The position numbers and the translations under genes were made by a program. A DNA stretch of 64,000 bases from a candidate division FCPU426 bacterium (GTDB lineage: Bacteria > Oederibacteriota > JAAXVQ01 > JAUVAV01): contig JBFLYH010000002.1 of assembly GCA_040756875.1 (NCBI GenBank), positions 510,526 to 574,525 of the forward strand, given 5' to 3'. Position 1 is the stretch's first letter. Each line of letters starts with the position of its first letter. Below, piece after piece: positions 31,336 to 43,111 of this stretch. The notes under the pieces were generated by a model, which was not told the DNA's origin, made no database searches, and saw only the letters and a program-made list of their open reading frames with translations.

Positions 31336-32925
31336 TCAAGCCCGATGGGCGTAAAGCTTGTAATCCAGGTCCGGAAAGACATTATCCTTATATTCGATAT
31401 CCGACAGCCAGTCAACCTCAACCCGATGGTTTTTCAAGTCCCAGTACAGCCGGTTGAACCGCTCCAGGTGGTCGCGGGTCCGTTTGACCGCGTACTCCAC
31501 CATGGTGCCGGTCTTCATGATGAAGGCCCAGTCCGAACTTTGGGCCAGCAGCAATTCCCTGCCCGCCTGGTTGAGGGCGCGGCGCTGCAGATAGCTCGGG
31601 TGATGGAAGGAGTCGGCCAGTTCGACCATCCGTTCCACGGCCTTGTGCAAATGGCGGTAGACCCAGTCATTGGGCCCGGCCAGCCATTGTTCATGATAGC
31701 CCTTGTAGCCCCAGGACGACGTGGTGGGCGTCACCACCTGCAAGGTCGGGTTCTCGGCGAGGTATTCGGGCGCGGTCACGGAACGCAGGTCGTTCTGGTC
31801 GTAGTGCAGTTTCCGGAACAGGAACTCCAGAAACTCGGGGCCTTCGTACCACCAGTGGCCGTACAACTCCGCGTCGTAGGGCGACACGATCACCGGCTTC
31901 TTGCCCATGAGCCCGTGGAGGAACTCCGCCTGCTTCTGGCGGTTGAACATGAAGTTACCTGCATGCTCGGCCGTCTTGTCCCGCGCGGCTTGGGGATGAT
32001 AGGGTTCCTTCTGGTCCGTGGGGCCGGTGATGCGGTAGTACTTGATGCCCGTGGGAATGCGGAATCCCTGCCCGTGGATATAGGGCTTGATGTATTCGTA
32101 TTCCAGGTCAAAACCGATGTCGCGGTAAAACTCGCGGTATTGGTAATCGCCCGGGTAGCCTTCCTTGGAGCTCCACACCTGCTTGGAGGATTCCACGTCA
32201 CGCCCGAAAGCCGCCACGCCGCCGCGCGTATAGATCGGGGCGTAGATGCCGTACTTGGGGCGCGGGCTGCCGAAAAAGACGGCGTGGGAATCGATGTAGA
32301 AAAACCGGATGCCGTTCTGCCGCAGCAGTTCGTCCACGCCCGGTTCGAACCCGCATTCAGCCAGCCAGATGCCGCGGGGTTTGACGCCTAAAAACCGCTC
32401 GTGGGTCTGGACGCCGACCGCGATCTGGGCCCGCTGGGCGACGCGGTTGAGCATGAGCGGCAGGTAGCCGTGCGTGGCGCCGCAGGTGATGATTTCCAGG
32501 TATCCCAGATCCTGAAACTTGCGGAACGCGGTGATGAGGTTGCGGTGGTACTTGTCCGCGAACAGCCAGCGCGCGTGCCGGAAACGGTTCAAATACATGT
32601 GCGCCGTGCCGTTGAACTCAGGCTGCCAGCGGGTCCGTTCGGTCTCTTTCTCGGCCAGCTCGATCAGGCGGTGGATGTGGGAAAGGTAGCGCTCCTGCAG
32701 CAGGGGATCGGCCAGCATGGAGAGCAGGGTGGGAGTGAGCGAGATGGTAAGGCGGAACGGCACGCCGTCTTCGGCCAGGCGCTCGCACATGCCGATCAGC
32801 GGAATGTACGTTTCCGTAATGGCTTCGTACAGCCAGTCTTCCTCGAGGAAATCGTCGTATTCAGGATGGCGCACGAAGGGCAAATGGGCGTGCAATACCA
32901 TCATCAAGTAACCGTGATCCGCCAT
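31336..32925 (-). CDS. GH57 1,4-alpha-glucan branching enzyme (DUF1957)
   Basis: HAHLPFVRHP, ETYIPL, WLAECG, YDAELYGHWWYEG, LAQSSDWAF. Confidence 0.92.
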   Translation of the reverse strand: MADHGYLMMVLHAHLPFVRHPEYDDFLEEDWLYEAITETYIPLIGMCERLAEDGVPFRLTISLTPTLLSMLADPLLQERYLSHIHRLIELAEKETERTRWQPEFNGTAHMYLNRFRHARWLFADKYHRNLITAFRKFQDLGYLEIITCGATHGYLPLMLNRVAQRAQIAVGVQTHERFLGVKPRGIWLAECGFEPGVDELLRQNGIRFFYIDSHAVFFGSPRPKYGIYAPIYTRGGVAAFGRDVESSKQVWSSKEGYPGDYQYREFYRDIGFDLEYEYIKPYIHGQGFRIPTGIKYYRITGPTDQKEPYHPQAARDKTAEHAGNFMFNRQKQAEFLHGLMGKKPVIVSPYDAELYGHWWYEGPEFLEFLFRKLHYDQNDLRSVTAPEYLAENPTLQVVTPTTSSWGYKGYHEQWLAGPNDWVYRHLHKAVERMVELADSFHHPSYLQRRALNQAGRELLLAQSSDWAFIMKTGTMVEYAVKRTRDHLERFNRLYWDLKNHRVEVDWLSDIEYKDNVFPDLDYKLYAHRA

Positions 32926-32939
32926 GCCGACTCCCTAAT

Positions 32940-33998
32940 TTATTCGGTGCGTTTTTCGACGACGGGCGTTATTTGTCGTTCCTGCGAACCGGCGGCGTTC
33001 ACGGCCTTGACGGGTATGGTTTGCTTGCCATCAGGCAGGGCGTAACGGACCGAGAAGGTTCCATCAGGATTCAGACGAATGGGCTGGCCTTGAATGGTCA
33101 CCGCGGCGTCCGGCTCAGTGGCGCCGTAGACGATGAGTTCCGTGTTGACCACCAGCCAGAAGTCCTCGGGACGCCGCTGGCGCGGCCGCCCGCCTTCGGA
33201 ACCCATGCTGGCCAGGCCGCCGGAACTGACGTCGGCCCGCACCCGCTTGAGCATGAATTTGGTTATGGCTTCGGAGGCGCGCCCCAGTTCGGAAGCGCCG
33301 GCCGCCTGGTACAAACGGTCGAAGGTCTCGTCCACCACCATCCATTCCTCGTCGATCACACCGGAAACCGAGTCCCGCGGCGTAGTGACCACGTTGGAGC
33401 GCGCCAGGGTGACGAAGCGGCCGTCCGGATAGAGCAGGCCCAGGTCCACGCAATACGCGCGGTCCGCGGCCCAGACGTTGATGTACCAATTGGTGGCTTC
33501 CTCCGTCACCTCGATATCCATGGTGCGGTGCGCGTTGGACCCGTCGAATTCAAGGTCCGTCACATCATACACCCGCAGCATCAGCCTGGCCCCGGCCTGT
33601 TGCAACTCCCGGATGGCTTCGGTTTGCTTCTCAGCCGACAAATCCCAGTAAACAAAGCACCAATACGGGTCGCGGATCATCAGTACGATGCGATTGTCGC
33701 CGTAACGGTCCTGCCAATAGGAAGGCTGCGCTTCCGGCGCAGGCGAGGGATACTGGGGCTGGGGCTGGGAATACGAGACAGACGGCGTCGAGGGAGCTTC
33801 GGGAACAGGTGACAAGGGCTTGCTATCCTCGGCTTTTTTTCTGGAAACGGATTTAGCTGCAGGTGCTTTTTTCACCGAAGCGGAAGCGGTTGTGACCGTT
33901 TTTTTTCGGACCGCACTTTTTTCCTCCGCACCCGATGCGGCAATTTTAGGCGCCGCTGGTTTGCGAACGCTTTTAGGTGCCGGTTTTTTCTTTTCCAT
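32940..33998 (-). CDS. DUF4912 domain protein
   Basis: RIVLMIRDPYWCFVYWD, LRVYDVT, ARSNVVTTP, FWLVVNTELIVYGATEPDA; usual neighbour of GH57. Confidence 0.85.
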   Translation of the reverse strand: MEKKKPAPKSVRKPAAPKIAASGAEEKSAVRKKTVTTASASVKKAPAAKSVSRKKAEDSKPLSPVPEAPSTPSVSYSQPQPQYPSPAPEAQPSYWQDRYGDNRIVLMIRDPYWCFVYWDLSAEKQTEAIRELQQAGARLMLRVYDVTDLEFDGSNAHRTMDIEVTEEATNWYINVWAADRAYCVDLGLLYPDGRFVTLARSNVVTTPRDSVSGVIDEEWMVVDETFDRLYQAAGASELGRASEAITKFMLKRVRADVSSGGLASMGSEGGRPRQRRPEDFWLVVNTELIVYGATEPDAAVTIQGQPIRLNPDGTFSVRYALPDGKQTIPVKAVNAAGSQERQITPVVEKRTE

Positions 33999-34117
33999 TA
34001 TGCAGCCTCCTCCGCCTACTCCCGGGTTGCCACAACCATAGGGCAACTGGCCTAAAGAGGGCGTAAAAACCTTATTATTATTAAACGGCTGCAGAACCGT
34101 TTTTATTTAATTAAAAA

Positions 34118-34390
34118 TTACTGAATAATCTCTTTCAATTCCTTGCCCGGACGAAATTTCGGAGCGCGCTTCGCAGGAACTTGCACGGATTCCCCGGTTT
34201 TCGGATTGCGTGCCAGGCGGGCCTTCTTTTCTTTGACCACAAAAGTCCCGAGACCGGCGACTGAAACTTTCTGGCCTGCTTTCAAAGCGTTCTGGATGGT
34301 AGAGATCAGCTTTTCAAGCATTTTCTCGATTTCGCGTTTCGGCAGCCCCAATCCCTCGGCAACTTTGTCAATCAATTCGACTTTAGTCAT
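34118..34390 (-). CDS. hup: DNA-binding protein HU
   Basis: MTKVELIDKVAE, GLGTF, ARNPKTGE, PKFRPGKELKE. Confidence 0.96.
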   Translation of the reverse strand: MTKVELIDKVAEGLGLPKREIEKMLEKLISTIQNALKAGQKVSVAGLGTFVVKEKKARLARNPKTGESVQVPAKRAPKFRPGKELKEIIQ

Positions 34391-34426
34391 CCACGGCCTC
34401 CTATCGGGTTTGATGGATTTTAGTGT

Positions 34427-34455
34427 AGGCTACCACAGCCCTCAAGTCACGTCAA
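34427..34455 (-). promoter_or_regulatory. Sigma70-type promoter of hup
   Basis: TTGACG-17 nt-TAGCCT with extended -10 TG. Confidence 0.55.
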
Positions 34456-34601
34456 GCTTAAATCGGAATATTCCCCTGAAATTTAAAGGCTAAATCCAAA
34501 TATCCGGAATAATAAAAACACGTCTCTGACCGGCTGGAATGGGATCACAAAGATTTTTGCAGTTTAAAATCCCGTTTTTCATACGCAGAAAACGCTTGAA
34601 A

Positions 34602-35726
34602 TCAAATCATTTCACGGAAAACCACGTTGGATAGGAGCATCCCCCTGGGTGTAAGACGAATATCATCCTTATTCATGGATATTAATCCTTGTCGGGAAAC
34701 TGCTTCAAACTTCCCGCGTAATTCCAAATCCCAGTCAGTTCCGAATCGCGCGCGCATGTCTTCGGGCTGCAAACCCGCAGTCAAACGCAACCCCAGCATG
34801 GCGGCTTCTGCCACGCGGCGGCTGCCGGTTAGTTTTTCCTGCCCGGCCAGGGCGCAACCTTCCCGATTGACTTCCGTTTGGTACGCCTCTGGATCCGCGA
34901 TATTCCAGCTGCGAACGCCTTCCAGAAATGAATGCGCCGCCGCCCCGAATCCAAAATAATCACGGCCGGTCCAATAACCGAGATTGTGCCGGCATTCGCG
35001 GCCCGGCCGGCTGAAATTGGAGAGCTCATACTGTGCAAAGCCCCTGCCAGCCAGGAACTCCCTCGCCCACAGGTACATGTCCGCCGCCAGATCCTCGTCC
35101 GGAGCCGGCATGCGGCCTTCACGGACAGCGGTTTCCAGCAGCGTTCCCGGCTCCACGCTCAGCGCATAGAGGGAAATATGTTCCGGTTCCCACGCGGTCA
35201 GCGTCCGTAAATCCGTCTGGAATTCGGCGAACGTCTGCCCGGGCAATCCATAAATAAGGTCAACGCTCAGGTTGGCAAATCCGGCTCCGCGGGCGCCGCG
35301 CAGAGTGGTTTGCGCGTCGGCGGCTGTGTGCCGCCTTCCCAGTAATTGCAAATAGCGGTCCGAGGTGCTTTGGACTCCCAGAGAGAGGCGGTTGAATCCC
35401 ACCGCCCGCAGATCAGCCAGAGCGTCCGGACTCACCGTAGCGGGGTTGGCCTCCAGCGTGGCTTCCAGGCTGGGAAGCAGTTCGACTTTGGCTGACAAAG
35501 CCGCGAAGAGGCGGGCCAGCTCCGAGGGCGGGCACATGGAAGGCGTGCCGCCGCCCAGATAAAGGGTCTCCACGGCGCCCTGGGCGCGCGCTTCAATCTC
35601 CCGGATCAGCGCGTCCAGGTAAGCGGGCCAGGAGGCGGAAGACGGAAACGGCCGGGAGGGAAAATCACAATAGGCGCATTTGCTCAGGCACCAGGGAAAA
35701 TGCACATAAACGCCGCGGGCGTTCAC
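34602..35726 (-). CDS. hemW: Radical SAM heme chaperone HemW
   Basis: YVHFPWCLSKCAYCDF, GGGTPS, YELSNF, HNLGYW. Confidence 0.92.
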   Translation of the reverse strand: MNARGVYVHFPWCLSKCAYCDFPSRPFPSSASWPAYLDALIREIEARAQGAVETLYLGGGTPSMCPPSELARLFAALSAKVELLPSLEATLEANPATVSPDALADLRAVGFNRLSLGVQSTSDRYLQLLGRRHTAADAQTTLRGARGAGFANLSVDLIYGLPGQTFAEFQTDLRTLTAWEPEHISLYALSVEPGTLLETAVREGRMPAPDEDLAADMYLWAREFLAGRGFAQYELSNFSRPGRECRHNLGYWTGRDYFGFGAAAHSFLEGVRSWNIADPEAYQTEVNREGCALAGQEKLTGSRRVAEAAMLGLRLTAGLQPEDMRARFGTDWDLELRGKFEAVSRQGLISMNKDDIRLTPRGMLLSNVVFREMI

Positions 35727-35751
35727 GGTTAGGAGGGACGGCGCGGCAGCT

Positions 35752-36432
35752 TCACTTGATGACGCGCCAGCGGGAGATGGGCCAGTAAATCACCCAGGCT
35801 TTGCCTTTGATCAGCTTGCGCGGCAAAAACCCCCAGAAGCGCGAATCCGCCGAATAATCGCGGTTGTCCCCCATCATGAAGAAGCTGTCGGCCGGCACGG
35901 TCACCGGGCCGTAATTGTCGCGGGGACTGATCTCCGGCGGCAGAATCCTCAGGTCGCGGAACGTTGTATAGGATTCCTGCTTGGGCTGGCCGTTGACGTA
36001 CAGTACCTTGTCCCGGATTTCGATGAGGTCTCCGGGCAGCCCCTGGCAGCGCTTGATGAAATCCTTGCGCGGATTTTCCGGGTAGCGGAAGACGATGATT
36101 TCCCCCCGGCGGGGGTCGTGGATCTTGAGGACGCGGCGGTCGGAAAACGGCAGGGGCGTGCCGTACACGAACTTGTTCACCAGCAGGTGGTCGCCGATCA
36201 GGAGCGTGCTTTCCATGGAGCCGGAGGGGATTTTAAAAGCCTGTAGAAAGAACGTGCGGATGACCAGGGCCAGCAGGATGGCGATGAAGCCCGAATCCAC
36301 GTACTCCATCACCACGTTTTCCTTGGGCACTTTGAGCAGGAAGCGCATGACGACTTCTGCCAGCACCAACCCTACCAGCAGTCCGTAAAAGATCAATTCG
36401 GCCGCTTCCGCGGTTTTAATCCACTCCCACAT
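35752..36432 (-). CDS. lepB: Signal peptidase I
   Basis: IPSGSM, FIKRC, GDNRDYSADSRFWG. Confidence 0.96.
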   Translation of the reverse strand: MWEWIKTAEAAELIFYGLLVGLVLAEVVMRFLLKVPKENVVMEYVDSGFIAILLALVIRTFFLQAFKIPSGSMESTLLIGDHLLVNKFVYGTPLPFSDRRVLKIHDPRRGEIIVFRYPENPRKDFIKRCQGLPGDLIEIRDKVLYVNGQPKQESYTTFRDLRILPPEISPRDNYGPVTVPADSFFMMGDNRDYSADSRFWGFLPRKLIKGKAWVIYWPISRWRVIK

Positions 36433-36507
36433 GGAAAAGCCTCCTGAGGGATCGCGATCCGCCCCGCATTTCCAGGGCTTTTGCCGAACCAGCCGGCCCA
36501 ACGGATT

Positions 36508-38307
<1,800 letters not shown>

Positions 38308-38313
38308 GGAGAT

Positions 38314-40299
38314 TTATTTCTTCCTGGGCCGCGGGCCCGGTTTCGCCTTCGGCTTGCCGTTCGGCTTGCCATTCGGCTTCACGCTTACGGGCGTGGAAGC
38401 GGCCGTGGCCGTGGTGCTTCCGGGGAGCGGCGGCCCCAGTTCGTTGGTGACCGGGAGATAGACAAAATCAAACCATTCATCGCGCGGGGCGTCCTGGCTG
38501 CTCTTGGCTTTGACGGCCACCATCTGCCAGTTGCCGTTGGCCGCGTAGGCCTGGTCCGTGCGGAACCGCAGGCGCGCGGTCTGCCGCTGGTCCTCGGGCC
38601 ACGGTGACGTGAGCATTCTAGGCTTGGTTTCCGAAATGGTCAAGCGCGGCAAGGGCACCAGCTCCAGGGACACGGCATTGAGCGAGGTCCCGGTATTGGT
38701 CACTTCCACGCGCAGTTCGGTTTCCCGCCCCTTGATGATTTCCACGGGCGGCAGGAGCTTGAGCCGGTACGACAGCCGCCCGCCGTCCGCCTTCAGGCGG
38801 CTGAACGAAGCCGCGCCGGCCATGACCCATTCCCAGGTGCCGTACGGCCCGCGGGCGCCCCAGAACGCGCGCGCCAAATCATGCCAAAAAAGGCCGAAAT
38901 GGGCGGCGTGCGGTTTGAGCTGCTCCAAAGCCAGGACCTGCCGCTCCAGATGCTCCGCCGGGCTGGCGGGATTGGTGGTGCGCCCCAGCAAGTTCCAATC
39001 CACGCATTCCCCGACCACCACGCTGGCCGGGGCATTGCTCAAATAGTCGGCCCAGGACTTCAGCATAAACGGGTAATCCGGCTTGTCGATGGAATAAAAC
39101 ATGGGCGCGTTGAACCCGATTCCCGCGTCCAGCATCATGAAAAGGTCCTGGCCGTGCTGGTGCCCGGTTTTCCACCCCAGCGAAAAGACCCACATCGGCT
39201 TGGTCGGTTTGACTTCCTCCCGGATGTGCGTGATGATCAGGCCCACTTTGTGCGCCCGCCACCACTGCCACTGGTCCCGGGCCGATGGATTGCGTTCCAC
39301 CTCGATGAGCCGGGCCATCCACAGGCTGCGCTCGGCGTCCGACCAGCGCTCCCACTCCGGCGGCGCGGCAATCGACATGTCGCGCACGAACTCGGTCGCG
39401 AATTCATAGCCGCCGAAATCCGTGCGCATGTAATCCAGGCCAAGGTAATCGACGTTGGGGTCGGCCTCGAATTTTTTCAACAGTTCGATCATGTGCTGGA
39501 TGCGCAGGTCGCAGCCGAGCGACACGTAGCGCAGCTGGCGCAAAGCGTTTTGTTCGCGGTTGTAACCCAGCGTGAACGTGTATCCGCTGTCCTCGATCTT
39601 GTCGCCGATGACCACGAACGAGGTGATCCAGGCGCCGTACTTCAGGCCGGCCGCGTGTGCCGCTTCGCCGACCCGGCTCATCAGGCGGACACTGTACTCG
39701 GACCAGGGAAATTGCTCGGGCTTGACCTGGGCCCAGACCTGCGTCTGGCCGATGCAGTGCCAGAAGGCGTCCGCGCCCATGAGTTCAGCCCATTTGATCA
39801 GGTTGCGCCAGCTGTCCGGCTCCGCCGGATCGGGGCTGGGCGTGTCATTGGGGCCTTTCTTTCCGCCTTCATAGGTGACCACGGAAAAACCCTTGGGAAG
39901 TTCCTGGGGTTGGCGGCCCTGGATCTTGAACCCCGCGGAGGCGCTCACGGTCATGCCTTCGGCGTCCACTACCCGCACTTTGGCCGTATAACCGCCCAAG
40001 CGGGGATTGAACGGGATGGGCCAATACCCCCGCCATTGATCAGCCCCGACGGAAACCAGCGGCACTTCCTCCACGTTGCCGACCGTGGCGATTTTCTGGT
40101 TGCCGTTCCAGAAAGTGGCCGAGAGTTTCTTGGGCAAAACCACGGCCTGGGCCGACTCAGTCTGTCCCAGGCTGGCGGTCAGCGTGACCAACTCGTAGCG
40201 CCAGTAGGCTGCCTTGTCCGTCTCCAAACGCAAATCAGCCGCAGCGGCCGTCTGGGTGAACGCCAGTATCAGCATTGAAAGGCGAAGAAACTGTCGCAA
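38314..40299 (-). CDS. Secreted protein, possible glycoside-hydrolase-like TIM barrel flanked by Ig-like domains
   Basis: Signal peptide; LETDKAAY N-terminal domain; YLGLDYMR and APMFY resemble GHL10-type barrels; basic low-complexity tail. Confidence 0.5.
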   Translation of the reverse strand: MRQFLRLSMLILAFTQTAAAADLRLETDKAAYWRYELVTLTASLGQTESAQAVVLPKKLSATFWNGNQKIATVGNVEEVPLVSVGADQWRGYWPIPFNPRLGGYTAKVRVVDAEGMTVSASAGFKIQGRQPQELPKGFSVVTYEGGKKGPNDTPSPDPAEPDSWRNLIKWAELMGADAFWHCIGQTQVWAQVKPEQFPWSEYSVRLMSRVGEAAHAAGLKYGAWITSFVVIGDKIEDSGYTFTLGYNREQNALRQLRYVSLGCDLRIQHMIELLKKFEADPNVDYLGLDYMRTDFGGYEFATEFVRDMSIAAPPEWERWSDAERSLWMARLIEVERNPSARDQWQWWRAHKVGLIITHIREEVKPTKPMWVFSLGWKTGHQHGQDLFMMLDAGIGFNAPMFYSIDKPDYPFMLKSWADYLSNAPASVVVGECVDWNLLGRTTNPASPAEHLERQVLALEQLKPHAAHFGLFWHDLARAFWGARGPYGTWEWVMAGAASFSRLKADGGRLSYRLKLLPPVEIIKGRETELRVEVTNTGTSLNAVSLELVPLPRLTISETKPRMLTSPWPEDQRQTARLRFRTDQAYAANGNWQMVAVKAKSSQDAPRDEWFDFVYLPVTNELGPPLPGSTTATAASTPVSVKPNGKPNGKPKAKPGPRPRKK

Positions 40300-40507
40300 G
40301 GTTCTTTCTCCGAAAAATGAAATAATCCCAAATACTTAACCGGGAACAATACCATTAAATCCCGCTTGGATTCAAATGTTTTATGAAGCTCGGGGTCCTG
40401 CCAAGCAACTTCGCTTCGCTTTCCGGGGTTGTCCTCCGTAGATTGCCTGGTTTTCTTCAGTTATTGGGATCTGGCTGCCATGGATGGCAAAGGAAAGAGG
40501 ACGCCTG

Positions 40508-40966
40508 CTATTTCGGAGCGGCGGCGGCCTTTTCAAAAAGGGCTTCCAGCCGTGGTTCGTAGGGAAAGACATAGCCGTTGTCAGGTACGAAGTACCTGCC
40601 GGACTCATGGCGCCTGAAGCTGCCCAGGTAACGGCCCGGGGTGGCGGGCATGGGGATACCGCGTTCAAATCCCCAATAAAACGCGAAGGCCTCCCCAGGC
40701 TGCAGTTGTTCCCCCGCAAAAACCTGCAGCACGTTGGCCGTGACCAGCCATTCGCCGTAGATATCCTTGTCTGTCGGCGCTTTGGCCACTTCGACCCGGG
40801 TGAATTGCAGGTCCAGGGAAACGTCGGTTTCCGCGAAATTGCCGGCGATTAAATCATACGGCGGGAAGCTGTCGTCGGTTTGGGCCTGAGGGGCCGGATG
40901 GGGCGCGCAGGCTGACCACGCCAGGCAGCCGGCCAGCAGCAGACAGAGCGGAAAGCGGTTCGGCAT
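40508..40966 (-). CDS. Hypothetical lipoprotein
   Basis: MPNRFPLCLLLAGCLAWSAC signal with lipobox; TAATG overlap with the upstream gene. Confidence 0.6.
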   Translation of the reverse strand: MPNRFPLCLLLAGCLAWSACAPHPAPQAQTDDSFPPYDLIAGNFAETDVSLDLQFTRVEVAKAPTDKDIYGEWLVTANVLQVFAGEQLQPGEAFAFYWGFERGIPMPATPGRYLGSFRRHESGRYFVPDNGYVFPYEPRLEALFEKAAAAPK

Positions 40967-41178
40967 TATGCGGCGGGTTTGCTCAATCTGATGATCAACA
41001 ATTGCACCAACCCGATGCAAATGATCACGAACCCGGCAATGACCGCCAACTGCGAAATAAAACGCAAGACCACGGCAAGATGGGCCAATGCGAATAGAAT
41101 ATCCAGGGTCAAAGCCGTGAAAAATATCGCCGCGCCCAGCGGCAATAAGGTTTTTCGTTTGGCGGCCATTTTATCCAC
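40966..41178 (-). CDS. Small two-TM membrane protein
   Basis: Two hydrophobic segments; stop overlaps next start. Confidence 0.5.
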   Translation of the reverse strand: MDKMAAKRKTLLPLGAAIFFTALTLDILFALAHLAVVLRFISQLAVIAGFVIICIGLVQLLIIRLSKPAA

Positions 41179-41262
41179 CCCTTTGGCTGTCAGGTTTGAT
41201 TTGGCAGTTATTGTAACATTGACAAGCGGTTCAAGGTGGTTTTTTCTCAGGCCATTATCCCC

Positions 41263-41293
41263 GCAGGGGCGGCTTGCGCGCTGCCGCCCCTGC
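41263..41293. repeat. Perfect 11-bp-stem palindrome (terminator- or REP-like)
   Basis: GCAGGGGCGGC-9 nt-GCCGCCCCTGC, 16 nt after the OMP stop. Confidence 0.55.
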
Positions 41294-41309
41294 CCCCCCC
41301 GCTTTCCGC

Positions 41310-42161
41310 CTATAAAGTGAACTGCAGGCCTCCTCCGAAAAACATGCCGCTGAAATCGAAGTTGTAGGCTTTCCGGGTGTCAGGATCTCCGTAGATGGTG
41401 TCCTTGTCAACATCAGCCAGGCCATCGCCGTCCAAATCCAGGGTTTCGGTGTATTTCATTTCTCCGATGTTGCAGTAGTTATATCCGGCATTGGCAAACA
41501 GGCTTATGTGTTCGGACAACCGCACGCCCAGGTTAGCCCCTGCCAGCAGGTGGAAACCTGTCCCGCTGATAGTGGCGGTCATGTTGGTTTGCTCATCCAG
41601 GCCGTAAAAAGGATCGGTGAGGTGGCTGGAATAATCCAAAGTGGCGCTGCTCCACCCCAGGCCCCCGGCCACCACCAGGTTCAGTTCCACCGTGCTGCCG
41701 ATCCGGTTGCGCAGGCAGATTTCCAGCATGGGGCTTAACAGGAACGAGGATATTTTTTGCTGGTATTCATAGGTTTCCTGGTAAGCGCCTTCGCCCTGCA
41801 CGGACAGTTCCAGGGTGCTGGGCATGAGCAGATTCAACCGGCCGCCCACGCCGATGGTGCCGTTGAGCCAGTAGAGCATGTCCGCGCCAGCCTGGATGCT
41901 GCCCGTGACTTCCTTGACCGTGTAACTGGCCGTGCCGTTGGAACCGGTATAAACCAGGTAATCAATGAAATTCTGCCGGTAATCCGCGCCGCGTTCGCGA
42001 AAATGCTTTTCCAGCGTGGAAAAATCCGTTCCCGCATACCCGCCGTACACCCCGATGCTCACGTTTTCATAATTCCAGCCCCCGCCTTCGGCCCTGGCTG
42101 CCATGGGGCCCAACACCAGTCCGACTAACAAACCCACTGCCATTCGTCTGCTTAAACTCAT
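41310..42161 (-). CDS. Outer-membrane beta-barrel protein
   Basis: Signal peptide; beta strands (GVYGGYAG, LFANAGYNY, FSGMFFGGGLQFTL); loop DLDGDGLAD. Confidence 0.75.
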   Translation of the reverse strand: MSLSRRMAVGLLVGLVLGPMAARAEGGGWNYENVSIGVYGGYAGTDFSTLEKHFRERGADYRQNFIDYLVYTGSNGTASYTVKEVTGSIQAGADMLYWLNGTIGVGGRLNLLMPSTLELSVQGEGAYQETYEYQQKISSFLLSPMLEICLRNRIGSTVELNLVVAGGLGWSSATLDYSSHLTDPFYGLDEQTNMTATISGTGFHLLAGANLGVRLSEHISLFANAGYNYCNIGEMKYTETLDLDGDGLADVDKDTIYGDPDTRKAYNFDFSGMFFGGGLQFTL

Positions 42162-42330
42162 CTCCTCACTCCCTTTCGAGAAAATTATTGACCTTCTGGG
42201 AGTTTGGACCGGCGGAGGGAAAATTCCATGCGATATTTTATTATTATTTAGGTTTAAATATCAGTCAGGCTTGCTCGTTTGGCCAGGCAAGGTATCCATC
42301 GGGAAAACAGACATCGTCTCGGCGATATTT

Positions 42331-43107
42331 CTATCTGATATTTTCATTCTTTTTTCTCGTTTTTATTTTTTTTCGTCCAACCCATTTCAATTGAGAGGGC
42401 TCTGCCTTCCAACCTTTTTCTCTTGTAACCTCCACTCCCATTTTATTATATGGCCATGGAATGTATGATTTATTGAAATATACATTGAATCTTTTGTTTT
42501 TTCTTCCCACTAAATGCCCATAGAATCCCGTTTCATGCAAAACAGTGATCTTTCTCAAGTCTGCAAGCGACAACCAAGGCAATTGATTCAAGGTAAAAAA
42601 CTCGGTATTCATGATCAAGTAATCGTTATATCCATACCCACCATCACTTGAATGCTTTATTGCCGCCATTTCTCGTGAATTAAATTCCACTTCATGAGCA
42701 TATGCACCTGCAAGCGAAAGATAGGTAAATCTGTTTTTTTGCAGATCAACAATCAATTTGCCCTCATGGCCATAGTACTTCCGCATGTGAGGGACCACGG
42801 TTATTGCTACAAAATGTTCATCCTCGGACCAATTTACCGAGGCATTCTCATTAGTATCTCTAAATGCGTGAAATTCACTGCCAGCGGATTTAAGAATATC
42901 AGAAGGTGAATATGCGTTTTTTAAAATCATAAAGTTTGCTAAATATGGCCCGTCTCTTCCGGCATCAAAGCTTCCATACAAATATACTGCATATTTACCA
43001 GCCGGAGATTCGAATATTTTATCTGGTATTTTTATCCAATTTTTTTCCTTAATTATTTCTCCGGTTCCATAAGTCAAACCCTGTTTATCAATATCCCACC
43101 TTTCCAC
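42331..43107 (-). CDS. Hypothetical protein, candidate immunity protein
   Basis: AT-rich; starts 4 nt after the toxin-like gene; no signal peptide; propeller-blade-like motifs SPAGKY, WSEDEHF. Confidence 0.55.
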   Translation of the reverse strand: MERWDIDKQGLTYGTGEIIKEKNWIKIPDKIFESPAGKYAVYLYGSFDAGRDGPYLANFMILKNAYSPSDILKSAGSEFHAFRDTNENASVNWSEDEHFVAITVVPHMRKYYGHEGKLIVDLQKNRFTYLSLAGAYAHEVEFNSREMAAIKHSSDGGYGYNDYLIMNTEFFTLNQLPWLSLADLRKITVLHETGFYGHLVGRKNKRFNVYFNKSYIPWPYNKMGVEVTREKGWKAEPSQLKWVGRKKIKTRKKNENIR

Positions 43108-43111
43108 TATC

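Noticed and set aside
40300-40507. Possible ncRNA or small ORF in this intergenic region
   Set aside because: No convincing stems or motif; short ORFs overlap the lipoprotein gene
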